A DNA stretch of 64,000 nt from an uncultured bacterium (lineage in GTDB: Bacteria > Armatimonadota > Hebobacteria > CAIYQO01). The translations under genes and the position numbers were made by a program. The notes under the pieces were generated by a model. It saw only the letters and a program-made list of their open reading frames with translations. It searched no databases and was not told where the DNA came from. The stretch is taken from contig CAYYJR010000011.1 of the NCBI GenBank assembly GCA_964472305.1, positions 547-64,546 of the forward strand. Direction: 5' to 3'. Below are positions 19,095 to 28,783 of the stretch, piece by piece. Each line of letters starts with the position of its first letter. Positions within the stretch are counted from its first letter, which is position 1.

Positions 19095-19784
19095 ATGATG
19101 AAGATTGCACAACACAGCAAGCTGGTGATGATCGGCGATTCGGTCACCGACTGCGGGCGTGTCCGTCCCATCGGGGAAGGATTGTTCGGAGCGGTCGGCA
19201 ACGGTTACGTCTCGCTGGTCGATGCGCTGCTCAGCGCCGCGTATCCCGCCCATGATATCCGCGTGGTGAACGTCGGCAACAGTGGCAACACCGTACGCGA
19301 CCTGAAGGACCGCTGGCAGACCGATGTATTCGAACTGCGCCCCGACTGGCTCTCCATCATGATCGGCATCAACGATGTCTGGCGCCAGTTCGACAGCCCC
19401 CGCCAAACGGAGATTCACGTCTATCCGGAGGAATACGAGCAGACGCTCGACGCGCTGGTGGCCGAAACGAAGTCGCGGGTGCATGGGTTGGTGCTGATGA
19501 CGCCTTTCTTCATCGAACCGCTCCCACAGGATGCCATGCGCGCGCAAATGGACCGCTATGGCTGCGCCGTGGAACGCATTGCCCATAAATACAACACCCT
19601 TTTCGTGGATACTCAGGCGGCATTCAACCGTGTGCTGGAACACTGCCCCTCCGCCGCGCTCGCTTGGGATCGTGTCCACCCGAACCACATCGGCCACATG
19701 GTGCTCGCGCGCGCCTTCCTGCAAGCGGTCGATTTCTCCTGGGATGCCGCGCAGAACGCGCATGCCTTCCTCCCGGCGCGCTGA
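19095..19784 (+). CDS. SGNH/GDSL-family hydrolase (lipase/esterase-like)
   Basis: N-terminal GDS motif (LVMIGDSVTDCG), block III GxND (IMIGINDVWRQ) and C-terminal DxxH (WDRVHPNHIGH). 229 aa. Confidence 0.75.
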   Translation: MMKIAQHSKLVMIGDSVTDCGRVRPIGEGLFGAVGNGYVSLVDALLSAAYPAHDIRVVNVGNSGNTVRDLKDRWQTDVFELRPDWLSIMIGINDVWRQFDSPRQTEIHVYPEEYEQTLDALVAETKSRVHGLVLMTPFFIEPLPQDAMRAQMDRYGCAVERIAHKYNTLFVDTQAAFNRVLEHCPSAALAWDRVHPNHIGHMVLARAFLQAVDFSWDAAQNAHAFLPAR

Positions 19785-19821
19785 ATGCCGCGTCGGTTTA
19801 CAGCAGGCGGACCGATACGGT

Positions 19822-20205
19822 ATGCTAAGCCCGATGAAAACGCGTGGCCAATTGGAAGCGGAGATCAGCGACGCCCTCAAACGTTTCGAGAAAGAATACA
19901 TGGGACGGGGACCGTCCGATGTCCGCACGCGCCTGTTTGACGACACCGTCTTCGTGCGGTTGTTCGGGGTGTTGACGCCGGCGGAGCAGCAGTTGATCGC
20001 GCTGGATAACTCGCAGGAAGGTCGCCGGTTGGTCAAGCGTATGCGCATGGAGTTGCTGGAAAATGCCCGCGCATTGCTGGACGCCGTCATCTACGCCGTC
20101 ACCGGGTGCACGGTCGTCAGTCTGCATACCGATATCAGCACCGTTACCGGTGAGCGCGTTATTATTTTTATCCTGAACGGCAGCCCGATGTATCAGGAGT
20201 TGTAA
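19822..20205 (+). CDS. DUF2294-family small protein
   Basis: A 127-aa ORF nested in frame inside a longer spurious ORF (19531-20205). LEAEISDALKRFEKEYMGRGPSDVRTRLFDDTVFVRLFGVLTPAEQQL matches the conserved MGRGP block of DUF2294. Confidence 0.55.
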   Translation: MLSPMKTRGQLEAEISDALKRFEKEYMGRGPSDVRTRLFDDTVFVRLFGVLTPAEQQLIALDNSQEGRRLVKRMRMELLENARALLDAVIYAVTGCTVVSLHTDISTVTGERVIIFILNGSPMYQEL

Positions 20206-20402
20206 ACGCCGCCGTCGGCTCACTTGCCGCCGCGAGGTATTGACAGTATTGCCGACTTTTTGCTACCGTTACGCATTGTGTAAGGAAGACTGCGCGGAGC
20301 GTGCGTGCGCATGAGCCGCCGGTAAGCCGGCAGACGATCTTTGTGGGGTCGGGCTGCCGGTTTTTGGTTACAGTGGACCGCCAACGTGCGGGAGACGTGG
20401 AA

Positions 20403-23400
20403 ATGCAGGGGGGATTCGCCGTGAGCCAGCATCAACAGTTGATCGAGTGGGTTAATGAAATGGCACGCATGTGCCAGCCGGATCGCATCGTCTGGATCGA
20501 TGGATCTGAAGACGAAAAGGAACGCCTCACCCAGGAAGCATTAAGCATCGGCGAGTTGATTCCCCTTGACCAGGAAAAACTGCCCGGCTGCGTGTATCAT
20601 CGCACCGCGACAAACGACGTAGCCCGTACAGAAGACCTGACGTTCATTTGTACCAAGTTGCAGGATGATGCCGGACCGACCAATAACTGGATGTCGCCGG
20701 AAGAGGGGTATCGCCGTGCCGGTGAGCTCTTCCAGGGTGCAATGCAGGGGCGGACGATGTATGTCATCCCCTTCTCCATGGGTCCGGTCGGTTCACCGTT
20801 CAGCAAGATCGGCGTCGAACTCACCGACAGCATCTACGTGGTGCTGAACATGCGCATCATGACCCGCATTGGGGCCGCCGTGCTGAAACAACTCGGTACC
20901 GCCGGCGAATTCACCCGGTGCCTGCATAGCAAGGCTGACCTGAACATCACGCGACGGTTGATTTTGCACTTCCCCGAAGACAACACCATCTGGAGCGTGG
21001 GCTCCGGTTATGGCGGCAACGTCTTGCTGGGCAAGAAATGCCTGGCGCTGCGCATTGCCAGCTTCCTCGGCAAGAGCGAAGGCTGGCTGGCTGAGCACAT
21101 GCTGATCATGGGCATTGAAGATCCAGCCGGACGCATCGAATATATCGCTGCCGCTTTCCCCAGTGCGTGCGGGAAGACCAACCTCGCCATGCTGCTGCCT
21201 CCGGAAGGGCTGCAGATGAAGGGGTATCGCATCTGGACCGTGGGCGACGACATCGCGTGGATGCGCATCGATACCGACGGGCGGTTGTGGGCGATCAATC
21301 CGGAAACCGGCTTCTTCGGCGTGGCGCCGGGTACGAACGCGAAGACCAACCCCAACATGATGAAGACCATCAGCAGCAACACAATCTACACCAACGTCGT
21401 GCTGGGCAACGACGGCACCGTGTGGTGGGAAGGCGGGGAAGGCGATCCGCCGGCGGAAGGCTTGGATTGGCAGGGACGTCCGTGGACGCCGGACACCGTG
21501 GACGCGGCTGGCAAGAAAGTCGTCGGCGCGCACCCGAACAGCCGCTTTACCGCGCCGATCACGCAATGTCCGACACACTCGTTCCGCATCGAGCACCATC
21601 ATGGCGTGCCCATCTCCGCCATCATCTTCGGCGGTCGCCGCGCCCACCTGGCGCCGCTGGTCTACGAGTCGTTCGACTGGGAGCACGGCGTCTTCGTCGG
21701 CGCGACCATGGCCTCCGAGCGCACCGCGGCGCAGTTCGGCGCCCAGGGTGAGGTTCGCCGCGATCCGATGGCCATGCTGCCTTTCTGCGGCTACCACATG
21801 GGCGACTACTTCGAGCATTGGTTGAACATGGGCCAGCGCATGAGCCAGCCGCCGAAAATCTTCAACGTCAACTGGTTCCGCATGGATGAGAACGGCAAAT
21901 TCCTGTGGCCCGGCTTCGGCGAAAATCTGCGCGTCATCGAGTGGATTCTCGACCGCTGCCGCGGCGAAGCCGATGCGCGCGAGACGCCTATCGGCTATGT
22001 GCCGACGGCGGACAGCCTGGACTTGACCGGACTGGATGTTTCGCGCGACACGCTGGAAAAACTGTTCGCCTGCAACCAGGAAGACTGGCTGCGCGAGACG
22101 GAATCCGTGCGCGTGTTCTTTGAGACATTCGGCGCGCGTCTGCCCAAGGAGATGTGGCAGCAACACACCGCGCTGCGTCAGCGTTTGGAATCCCCGGTCT
22201 CGATGTTGAAGGCAGGGAATACGTTGCGGCCTTCGGCGGTGGAACTCAATGCGATTATCGAGCGTGAGAATCCGGAACTGTTCGCCATGCTGTCGCAACT
22301 CGGCAAGCGCCTGTATTTCCCCAAGGGCATCCTGGCGCAGAGTGCGGAAGCCACCGAAAAGGCTAAGCAGTTCAACGCCACCATCGGCATCGCCCGCGAG
22401 CAGCAGCAACCGATGTATCTCCCCTCGGTGATGCAGTACCTGGACAAGCTGACACCGGCGGAGGCGCTGACCTACGCTCCGGCTACCGGTAATCCGGCAT
22501 TGCGCAAGCTGTGGAAAGAACACTTGCTGGCGCAGAACCCGAGCCTGGCTGGCAAAGCGATCAGCACGCCCATCGTTACCGGTGGCGTGACCCACGCACT
22601 AAGTCTGGTGGGTGATCTGTTCGTGAACCAGGGTGATTTCATCCTGCTGCCGGACAAGTTTTGGGAGAATTATGAACTGCTGTTCGGCGTACGCATGGAA
22701 GCCCAACTCGGCGTCTATCCGTTTTATAACGCAGACGGCGGCTTCAATGTCGAGGGGTTGCGTCTGGCGCTGGCCGCGCGCCGTGACGCGGGAAAGACCA
22801 TCCTGGTACTGAACTTCCCGAACAATCCGACCGGCTACTCGATTCGCAAGAACGAGGCGGACGCTGTGGTGGCGGTGCTGAAAGAGGCCGCGGAGAATGG
22901 CTGCAACCTGGTGGTCATTTCCGACGATGCTTACTTCGGTTTGTATTACGGCGACGAGGTGCTGCCGGAATCGCTCTTCGCGAAGATCACCGGACTGCAC
23001 GAGCGCATCCTGGCGGTGAAAGTGGACGGGCCGACGAAGGAAGAATATGTGTGGGGTTTCCGCACCGGCATGATCACCTTCGGCGCGAATGCTGCCAGCA
23101 CGGACGCGCTTTACGGCGCGCTGGAAAAGAAGGTGGCGGGCGCCATCCGCAGCGCCATCTCCAACTGCTCGCAGCCGGCGCAGTCCATCCTGTTGAAAGC
23201 GATGAACGATGACGCGTTCTCAGCGGAGATTCAGCAGAAGTACGACATTATGGCCAGCCGCGCGGCGAAGACGCAGGAGATTCTGCGGAACCCGGCGTTC
23301 ACCGAGTTGTGGGAGCCGTATCCCTTTAACGCGGGCTACTTTATGTGCCTGAAGCTGAAGGGGATCGACGCGGAGAAATATCGCAAGCACCTGCTCGATA

Positions 23401-23552
23401 AGCACGGCGTGGGCGTCATTGCCGATGGGAAGCACGACATCCGCGTGGCTTTCTCCGCGGTCGAAGCGGAGGAGCTGTCCGCGCTCTACGATGTGCTCGC
23501 GACCGCCGCCCGTGAACTCATCGCGGACGGGGAAGCCGTTTCGGTGAAATAG
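20403..23552 (+). CDS. pckG: Fusion protein: GTP-dependent phosphoenolpyruvate carboxykinase (N-terminal, about 600 aa) plus class-I AspC-like PLP aminotransferase (C-terminal, about 450 aa)
   Basis: One uninterrupted reading frame. PEPCK-GTP motifs: LIEWVNEMARMCQPDRIVWIDGSEDE, the kinase-1a P-loop AAFPSACGKTNLAML, WMRIDTDGRLWAINPETGFFGVAPGT, NWFRMDENGKFLWPGFGENLRV. Beyond ~nt 22200 come aminotransferase motifs: NFPNNPTGY, VVISDDAYFGLYY, and the PLP-lysine block GPTKEEYVWGFRTG (compare AspC SYSKNFGLYNERVG). An intrinsic terminator follows. Confidence 0.8.
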   Translation: MQGGFAVSQHQQLIEWVNEMARMCQPDRIVWIDGSEDEKERLTQEALSIGELIPLDQEKLPGCVYHRTATNDVARTEDLTFICTKLQDDAGPTNNWMSPEEGYRRAGELFQGAMQGRTMYVIPFSMGPVGSPFSKIGVELTDSIYVVLNMRIMTRIGAAVLKQLGTAGEFTRCLHSKADLNITRRLILHFPEDNTIWSVGSGYGGNVLLGKKCLALRIASFLGKSEGWLAEHMLIMGIEDPAGRIEYIAAAFPSACGKTNLAMLLPPEGLQMKGYRIWTVGDDIAWMRIDTDGRLWAINPETGFFGVAPGTNAKTNPNMMKTISSNTIYTNVVLGNDGTVWWEGGEGDPPAEGLDWQGRPWTPDTVDAAGKKVVGAHPNSRFTAPITQCPTHSFRIEHHHGVPISAIIFGGRRAHLAPLVYESFDWEHGVFVGATMASERTAAQFGAQGEVRRDPMAMLPFCGYHMGDYFEHWLNMGQRMSQPPKIFNVNWFRMDENGKFLWPGFGENLRVIEWILDRCRGEADARETPIGYVPTADSLDLTGLDVSRDTLEKLFACNQEDWLRETESVRVFFETFGARLPKEMWQQHTALRQRLESPVSMLKAGNTLRPSAVELNAIIERENPELFAMLSQLGKRLYFPKGILAQSAEATEKAKQFNATIGIAREQQQPMYLPSVMQYLDKLTPAEALTYAPATGNPALRKLWKEHLLAQNPSLAGKAISTPIVTGGVTHALSLVGDLFVNQGDFILLPDKFWENYELLFGVRMEAQLGVYPFYNADGGFNVEGLRLALAARRDAGKTILVLNFPNNPTGYSIRKNEADAVVAVLKEAAENGCNLVVISDDAYFGLYYGDEVLPESLFAKITGLHERILAVKVDGPTKEEYVWGFRTGMITFGANAASTDALYGALEKKVAGAIRSAISNCSQPAQSILLKAMNDDAFSAEIQQKYDIMASRAAKTQEILRNPAFTELWEPYPFNAGYFMCLKLKGIDAEKYRKHLLDKHGVGVIADGKHDIRVAFSAVEAEELSALYDVLATAARELIADGEAVSVK

Positions 23553-23574
23553 CCGCGCGTTTACCGTACCGTTG

Positions 23575-23614
23575 CACGCCTGCGGCGCCATCGCCGCGGG
23601 CGTGCGTTTTTTGG
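23575..23614 (+). terminator. Rho-independent terminator after the pckG-aminotransferase fusion (bidirectional with the convergent antiporter gene)
   Basis: CACGCCTGCGGCG-CCAT-CGCCGCGGGCGTG forms a stem of about 13 bp with one mismatch, followed by CGTTTTTTGG. Confidence 0.7.
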
Positions 23615-23744
23615 GCGCGGAATGCACTGAAGCACGGCGGTCGAGAAAGTCAGAGCCTGCCTGCCGGGTGAAGAATCGGCGGCGTGTCGGGCCGATGGTG
23701 GGATCACTCCGACCGTAATGGCTTGTGTCAGCACCGGATGGCCG

Positions 23745-24860
23745 TCACCCCGCCGGCACGAAGTAAAACACAATCGCCAGTATGATATAGACGGCGGTGA
23801 GCTGCAGTCCTTCAAACCAGTTGGATTCGCCGTCGAGGGTGACGATAGCGAGGATGAGCACAGAGAGGGCGATCGCCACCACCTCGAAGACGTTGAATAC
23901 CAGCGACATCGGCTTGTGAAAGAGGAAGGATGCGAAGACCAGCACCGGCGCGACAAACAGCGCGATCTGCGTACTGGAGCCGGTGCAGATGGACATCGCC
24001 AGGTCCATTTTGTTTTTTCGCGCCATTAATATCGCGGTGAAATGCTCGGCGGCGTTGCCGATGACCGCCACCACGATGATTCCCACGAAGAATTCCGTCA
24101 TGCCCAGCGCCCGCGTCGCCTCGCCGATGGCACCCACCAGCAACTCAGCCTCGAAAGCCGTCATCACGGTGGCGATCATGAGCAGCACCATCGCTTTCAC
24201 GCTGCTTAACCGTGGTTGATAAACCTCCGTCTCCGATTGGCTGAACAGCGAGCGATGTGTCTTCAGCGAGAAGAAAAGGCTGGCCAGATAGGTGATCATC
24301 AGTACGATGGCGACCAGCAGGCTGAAGCGCTCTTCCAACAGTGGCAGGCTGGCGCTCTTTACGGTAAAATCGAACACGGCGGGCAGCACCAGCGCCACCA
24401 CCGCCAGAAAGAGCATGGCGGAACTGGCGCCCGCATTGGTACGGTTGAATCGCTGTTTCTCGCGTCCGAGACCGCCGGTGAAGATGCTCAAACCCATCAC
24501 CAGCAGTATGTTGCCGATGATACTCCCACTGATGGAGGCCTTCACCACTTCGTGCAGTCCGGCACGCAACGCGAACAACGCGATGATCAACTCGGTCGCA
24601 TTGCCGAATGTGGCGTTGAGAAATCCTCCCAACGCCGGACCCACACGCTCGGATAACTCCTCCGTCGCCTGCCCGATCAATCCCGCCAGCGGAATAATCG
24701 CCAGCGCGGCGGTAATGAAGACCCAGAGCCGTGGCTGATGGGTATACTCGATGATCAGGCTGACCGGCACGAACAGCAGCAACCAGCTAAGCCAGTTTTC
24801 GCCAAGAAAAGGCAGCAGCCCCACCTTCTCGGCAGGCCGTACTTGTCGTTGTCGTGTCAT
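23745..24860 (-). CDS. Ca2+/H+ antiporter (CaCA family, ChaA/Cax-like)
   Basis: Eleven predicted TM segments with the two alpha-repeat signatures GNATELIIALFAL and GNAAEHFTAILMA. Start at M30 (MTRQRQ) behind RBS GGAAAGGA. Confidence 0.8.
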   Translation of the reverse strand: MTRQRQVRPAEKVGLLPFLGENWLSWLLLFVPVSLIIEYTHQPRLWVFITAALAIIPLAGLIGQATEELSERVGPALGGFLNATFGNATELIIALFALRAGLHEVVKASISGSIIGNILLVMGLSIFTGGLGREKQRFNRTNAGASSAMLFLAVVALVLPAVFDFTVKSASLPLLEERFSLLVAIVLMITYLASLFFSLKTHRSLFSQSETEVYQPRLSSVKAMVLLMIATVMTAFEAELLVGAIGEATRALGMTEFFVGIIVVAVIGNAAEHFTAILMARKNKMDLAMSICTGSSTQIALFVAPVLVFASFLFHKPMSLVFNVFEVVAIALSVLILAIVTLDGESNWFEGLQLTAVYIILAIVFYFVPAG

Positions 24861-25023
24861 CGTGCATATCCTTTCCGCCGTCCCGGTTGCGTTCGTTATC
24901 CAGTGTAAGTAAATGACCGTATTCTGACAAGTACTGTCGCCTTGCACCTACCTGTTCGGCCTGTTATACTCTGCTCACCGGCTTGATACAGGCCGTGCCT
25001 CATCTGCGAACGGAGACGTGATT

Positions 25024-26100
25024 ATGTTGATGCCCATCGAGCATATCCCGGATTGGGAACAGCGTTTGGCACGCCAGGATGCCTTCTGGAATTGCGATAT
25101 CATCGACCGCCCCGTGGTGAATATGCACCTCTCTCGACCGAACCCGGCGTATCCGTGGCCGGCGGGTAAGGAATATGCCATTGCGCGCGATGCTTGGATG
25201 GATTGCGAGGCGATCGCCCAGCGCATGGTGGCCGGTACGATGAATACCGAATACCTGGGCGACGCGCTGCCGGCGGCCAATCCCAACCTCGGGCCTGAAG
25301 TGTTCAGTGCCTTCTGCGGTTGCGAGATGGATTACACGCAGGACACCTCATGGACCATTCCCAACGTACATGACTGGTCGGAAGTGTCGAAGGTGAAGTT
25401 CACCACCGAGAACTACTACTGGAAGAAGATGAACGAGCTTACCGACGCGCTGTTAACGATCGGCAAGGGTGTCTATTACGTCGGCATCACCGACCTGCAT
25501 CCCGGCGCTGATGCCATCGCTGCCTTCCGCGACCCGTTGCAGATGAATATTGACATGATCGAGTCGCCGGAGGAGATCAAGTCGCTGCTCGACTATGTCA
25601 CCCAGGCGTATTTCGCGGTATACGATCACTTCTTCAACAAACTGCGCGCGGCGGGGCAGGCGTGCACCGCGTGGCCCGGCATCGTGTCCAGCAAGAAGTG
25701 GTACGTGCCGTCGAACGACTTCTCCTGCATGATCTCGAAGGCGATGTTCGACGAATTCTTCCTGCCCGGCATCGCTGCCGAGTGCCGCCACATGGAGGCC
25801 AATATCTATCACCTCGATGGCCCCGGCGCTTTGCAGCACCTGGACAGCCTGCTCGGTATTCCCGAACTGAACGCCATCCAGTGGGTGTATGGCGCCGGCA
25901 ATGGCCGCCCCTCCGACTGGCTGCCTGTCTACCGGAAGTGCCAGGCCGCCGGCAAGGGCTTGCAGATCGGGTTGGAACTCGACGAACTTGACCTGTTTAT
26001 GGACACGCTGAAACCCAATGGCCTGTGGCTGACCATTTCGGGTGTGCCGAACCGCGAGGTTGCCGACGCGATTCTGAAGAAGATGCTGACGTGGAAGTAG
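25024..26100 (+). CDS. URO-D/MtaA-like family protein, paralog 2
   Basis: About 358 aa. Architecture and length resemble the paralogs at 1587-2861 and 27214-28329 (CGCEMDY..., HLDGPGALQHLDSLLGIPELNAIQW). RBS GGAGACG. Confidence 0.4.
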   Translation: MLMPIEHIPDWEQRLARQDAFWNCDIIDRPVVNMHLSRPNPAYPWPAGKEYAIARDAWMDCEAIAQRMVAGTMNTEYLGDALPAANPNLGPEVFSAFCGCEMDYTQDTSWTIPNVHDWSEVSKVKFTTENYYWKKMNELTDALLTIGKGVYYVGITDLHPGADAIAAFRDPLQMNIDMIESPEEIKSLLDYVTQAYFAVYDHFFNKLRAAGQACTAWPGIVSSKKWYVPSNDFSCMISKAMFDEFFLPGIAAECRHMEANIYHLDGPGALQHLDSLLGIPELNAIQWVYGAGNGRPSDWLPVYRKCQAAGKGLQIGLELDELDLFMDTLKPNGLWLTISGVPNREVADAILKKMLTWK

Positions 26101-26286
26101 GGGAGATATCCGCACCCTCCGTGTCGTAAAATGGGAACAATCATGCAATGCGGTCGCCAGGGCGGCAACATCATCGTACCCCGGGCGAATGGCTTCGGCC
26201 CTTGCCGGGCTGGGTTGCGACTGACATTGTCCCTGGAAAGGGGTGAAGACCCTCAATCCCTTTTTCGAGGAAGCGGACACGTCGTG

Positions 26287-27105
26287 TTATAGCAGCGGCG
26301 TCAGCAGCTCGATGGCACGCTTGATGTCGATAATCTGCTGCGGGCCGCTGATTTCGCGCTCGATGGTGAGCGAGCCGGTGTAGCCCAATGCCTTCAGCTT
26401 GCCGACCAGCGCGGGGAAGTTCACCCGGCCTTCGCCCAGCGGCTTCTCGTGGCCGAGGTAGTAGCCGTCGGTGGGGTATTCGCCGTCCTTTGCGTGCACG
26501 CCGCGCACGTATTTGCCGAAAATATCCAGCGCGTCCACCGGGTTGGCGTTGCCGTAGAGCAGCAGGTTGGCGGGGTCGAGGTTGACGCCCAGGTTGCCGG
26601 TGCCCACGTCCTGGATGCAGCGCAGCAGCACCATCGGCGTCTCCTGGCCGGTTTCGAAGTTAAAGAAGACGTCGCGCGCGAGAGCGTATTCGGTGATTTC
26701 TTTCAGCGCATCCACGGTGCCACGGTAGTTCGGGTCTTTCGGGTTGGGCGGCAGAAAGCCGACGTGGGTGGCCATGTCCTTTGTACCCAGCCAGGTAGCC
26801 ACGTCCGCGCCGTGCTTCAACTCCTGGGTGCGCACGGTGCGGTATTCCGGCGGCACCAGCCCGATGGTGGACGGCCCATCGATGTAGTTCCACTCCGCCG
26901 GTCCGCTGTAGCCGCACCAGAACAGCGTGATCGTCACTCCCGCCACCTCGGCGGCGGCGCGCGTGCGCTCGGCTTGCTGCCGGGTGACCGCCGTGCCCCA
27001 CGACGCGAGCTGGCATGCACTCAGCCCCACCTCGCGGATCGACGCGAACGCCGCTTCCGGCTCGTTGCTCAAGCCCATCATGACACCGATACTCAATTTT
27101 GACAT
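26287..27105 (-). CDS. Sugar phosphate isomerase/epimerase (xylose-isomerase-like TIM barrel)
   Basis: Start MSKLSIGVMMGL behind RBS GGAGGAAT. Typical AP_endonuc_2 features (VTITLFWCGYSGP..., HVGFLPPNP..., GSLTIEREISG). Confidence 0.65.
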   Translation of the reverse strand: MSKLSIGVMMGLSNEPEAAFASIREVGLSACQLASWGTAVTRQQAERTRAAAEVAGVTITLFWCGYSGPAEWNYIDGPSTIGLVPPEYRTVRTQELKHGADVATWLGTKDMATHVGFLPPNPKDPNYRGTVDALKEITEYALARDVFFNFETGQETPMVLLRCIQDVGTGNLGVNLDPANLLLYGNANPVDALDIFGKYVRGVHAKDGEYPTDGYYLGHEKPLGEGRVNFPALVGKLKALGYTGSLTIEREISGPQQIIDIKRAIELLTPLL

Positions 27106-27213
27106 GCGATTCCTCCACCGGATTCGTGTCCGCAGTGTGAAAATCCGGTTCCTTCGGCGCATCGGTCCCGTCAGGGAGCAGATCGTGCCGTTCCTCAGGG
27201 CGATCCCGAAAGG

Positions 27214-28329
27214 CTATTGCATTGCGCGCCATGTTTCCAACACGCGGGGCGGATTGGCGGATTCGTCGGCGCGCAGTGTGGGCATGAAGATCAGTCCTTT
27301 GCGCGCGCCGCCGGTGTAACCGATGACGCGGCGGAAATAGGCGTCCAGCGTCTCGTCATCGCCACGCGGAATGCTTCCGCAGTAGCATTTGCCGGCGTCG
27401 ATGAGCGCGGGAATGATGACGGAGAAATCGTGGCGTTCAGGATTGCCGAAGTTCAGCCCGCGCACCAGCGGCTCAGCCAGTATGCCGGCGAGCAGCGCGG
27501 CGTTGTCGCCGCAATAGTGCACCCAGCCGCCGCCGAAGGCCGCCAGCGCGCGCCGGCGATAGGGGTGGACGAAGACATCCAGCATTTCCGGGGCCAGCAG
27601 CGTGGCGGTGTCCTCGCAGGAGCGTACGCCGCCGTTGGCCAGTGCCAGGTTCATATGATACCCGCCATCCAGCGACTCGCCGATCCAGGCTTTTATCACC
27701 CGCGTGCCTTCGATATAGAGTGTCGTTGCCTTCTCCAGCAAGCGGTGGGCATACCCGGGATCATCATGCAACACGTAGAAAAGGTCATTGCCATAGAGCA
27801 GGTGGGCGAGGTCGAATGGGCTTTGCGTGTCGGCGCAAAAGAGCTGCACGCACTCCGGAAGACGCGCGCGGAAGAAACGGTACAGTTCCCGCACACGCGG
27901 CATCACTCCCTCGGCGGCGAAATCGACGACGGTGGGATCGAAGGCGTCGAGGGCGTCCGGCGTCAAGTGCCCGGTCCACGGCAGGCTGACTTCGGAGGGA
28001 AGGAGCTTGCAGCCGGCGATAGAGGCCAACGTGCCGGTGCCGGTGTTGGCGCGCACCGCCAATTGTGCGTCGGAGCCGGCGCGCGCCAGGCAGACCAACC
28101 CGGCGGCCGTGTCGTAGAGCATCTGCTCGGCGTCTTCGACATGGCGGCGCAGGTCGCTATTCCAGGCAATACCCTCCGGGATATCCGTGCTGCCGAAGAG
28201 GATGGGCAGGCTGTCGGTGGGGCAGTCGTGCCACACATCGATCATGCGACGCCGGCCGGCCGCCAATGCCCGCGGATCGGGTTGGATCAAGTCGAGCAGC
28301 GCATCGAGGGGAAGCGTGGTGGTGGGCAT
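27214..28329 (-). CDS. URO-D/MtaA-like family protein, paralog 3
   Basis: 371 aa with RBS GAAGGAAGG. Similar organisation to paralogs 1 and 2 (WVHYCGDNAALLAGI..., GLNFGNPERHDF). Probably co-transcribed downstream of gatC. Confidence 0.4.
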   Translation of the reverse strand: MPTTTLPLDALLDLIQPDPRALAAGRRRMIDVWHDCPTDSLPILFGSTDIPEGIAWNSDLRRHVEDAEQMLYDTAAGLVCLARAGSDAQLAVRANTGTGTLASIAGCKLLPSEVSLPWTGHLTPDALDAFDPTVVDFAAEGVMPRVRELYRFFRARLPECVQLFCADTQSPFDLAHLLYGNDLFYVLHDDPGYAHRLLEKATTLYIEGTRVIKAWIGESLDGGYHMNLALANGGVRSCEDTATLLAPEMLDVFVHPYRRRALAAFGGGWVHYCGDNAALLAGILAEPLVRGLNFGNPERHDFSVIIPALIDAGKCYCGSIPRGDDETLDAYFRRVIGYTGGARKGLIFMPTLRADESANPPRVLETWRAMQ

Positions 28330-28359
28330 GGGACCTTCCTTCACGTGATGCGGAAAGAA

Positions 28360-28647
28360 TTATTCAACCACGCGCGGCACTTTGAACAGATCATCACGGC
28401 GTTCGGGGGCATTCGCCAGCGCCACATCAGGCTCTACGCTGGGCCGTTCGCAATCCGCGCGCAGCACGTTCACCATCGGCACCACGTGGGTGGTGGCGGC
28501 GCTCTGGCTGGTATCCGCTTCTTGCAACTCCTCAAAATATCCGAGGATGGAGTTCAACTGCCCGGTGAAACGCTCCACCTCATCATCGGAGAGCTTCAAC
28601 CGGCCCAGCAACGCTACATGCTCGACTTCATCGCGTGACAGGCGCAT
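28360..28647 (-). CDS. gatC: Asp-tRNA(Asn)/Glu-tRNA(Gln) amidotransferase subunit C
   Basis: 95 aa. MRLSRDEVEHVALLGRLKLSDDEVERFTGQLNSILGYFEELQEAD is the canonical GatC sequence. Confidence 0.85.
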   Translation of the reverse strand: MRLSRDEVEHVALLGRLKLSDDEVERFTGQLNSILGYFEELQEADTSQSAATTHVVPMVNVLRADCERPSVEPDVALANAPERRDDLFKVPRVVE

Positions 28648-28783
28648 CGCTTAGTTCCTTTCCGTGCGGCTCATTATATCATCGTGCCTGTCCGCGGACA
28701 AGCGGAAGGGATCACGAAATGACGGGCTGTAAAGGACACAAAGCGCATGAGTGTGTCTTTGCGTCCTTTGCGGCTAAGGTGCG

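Noticed and set aside
19531-19821. N-terminal 97-aa extension of the DUF2294 ORF
   Set aside because: The extension overlaps the end of the GDSL hydrolase gene in another frame and has no RBS. The conserved DUF2294 block starts at the internal Met (19822).
20793-22595. 600-aa minus-strand ORF antisense to the pckG-aminotransferase gene
   Set aside because: High-GC antisense artefact with no motifs. The plus-strand gene has unmistakable PEPCK motifs.
27217-28638. 473-aa plus-strand ORF spanning URO-D-like paralog 3 and gatC on the opposite strand
   Set aside because: It crosses two real genes and their intergenic spacer. No RBS and no motifs.
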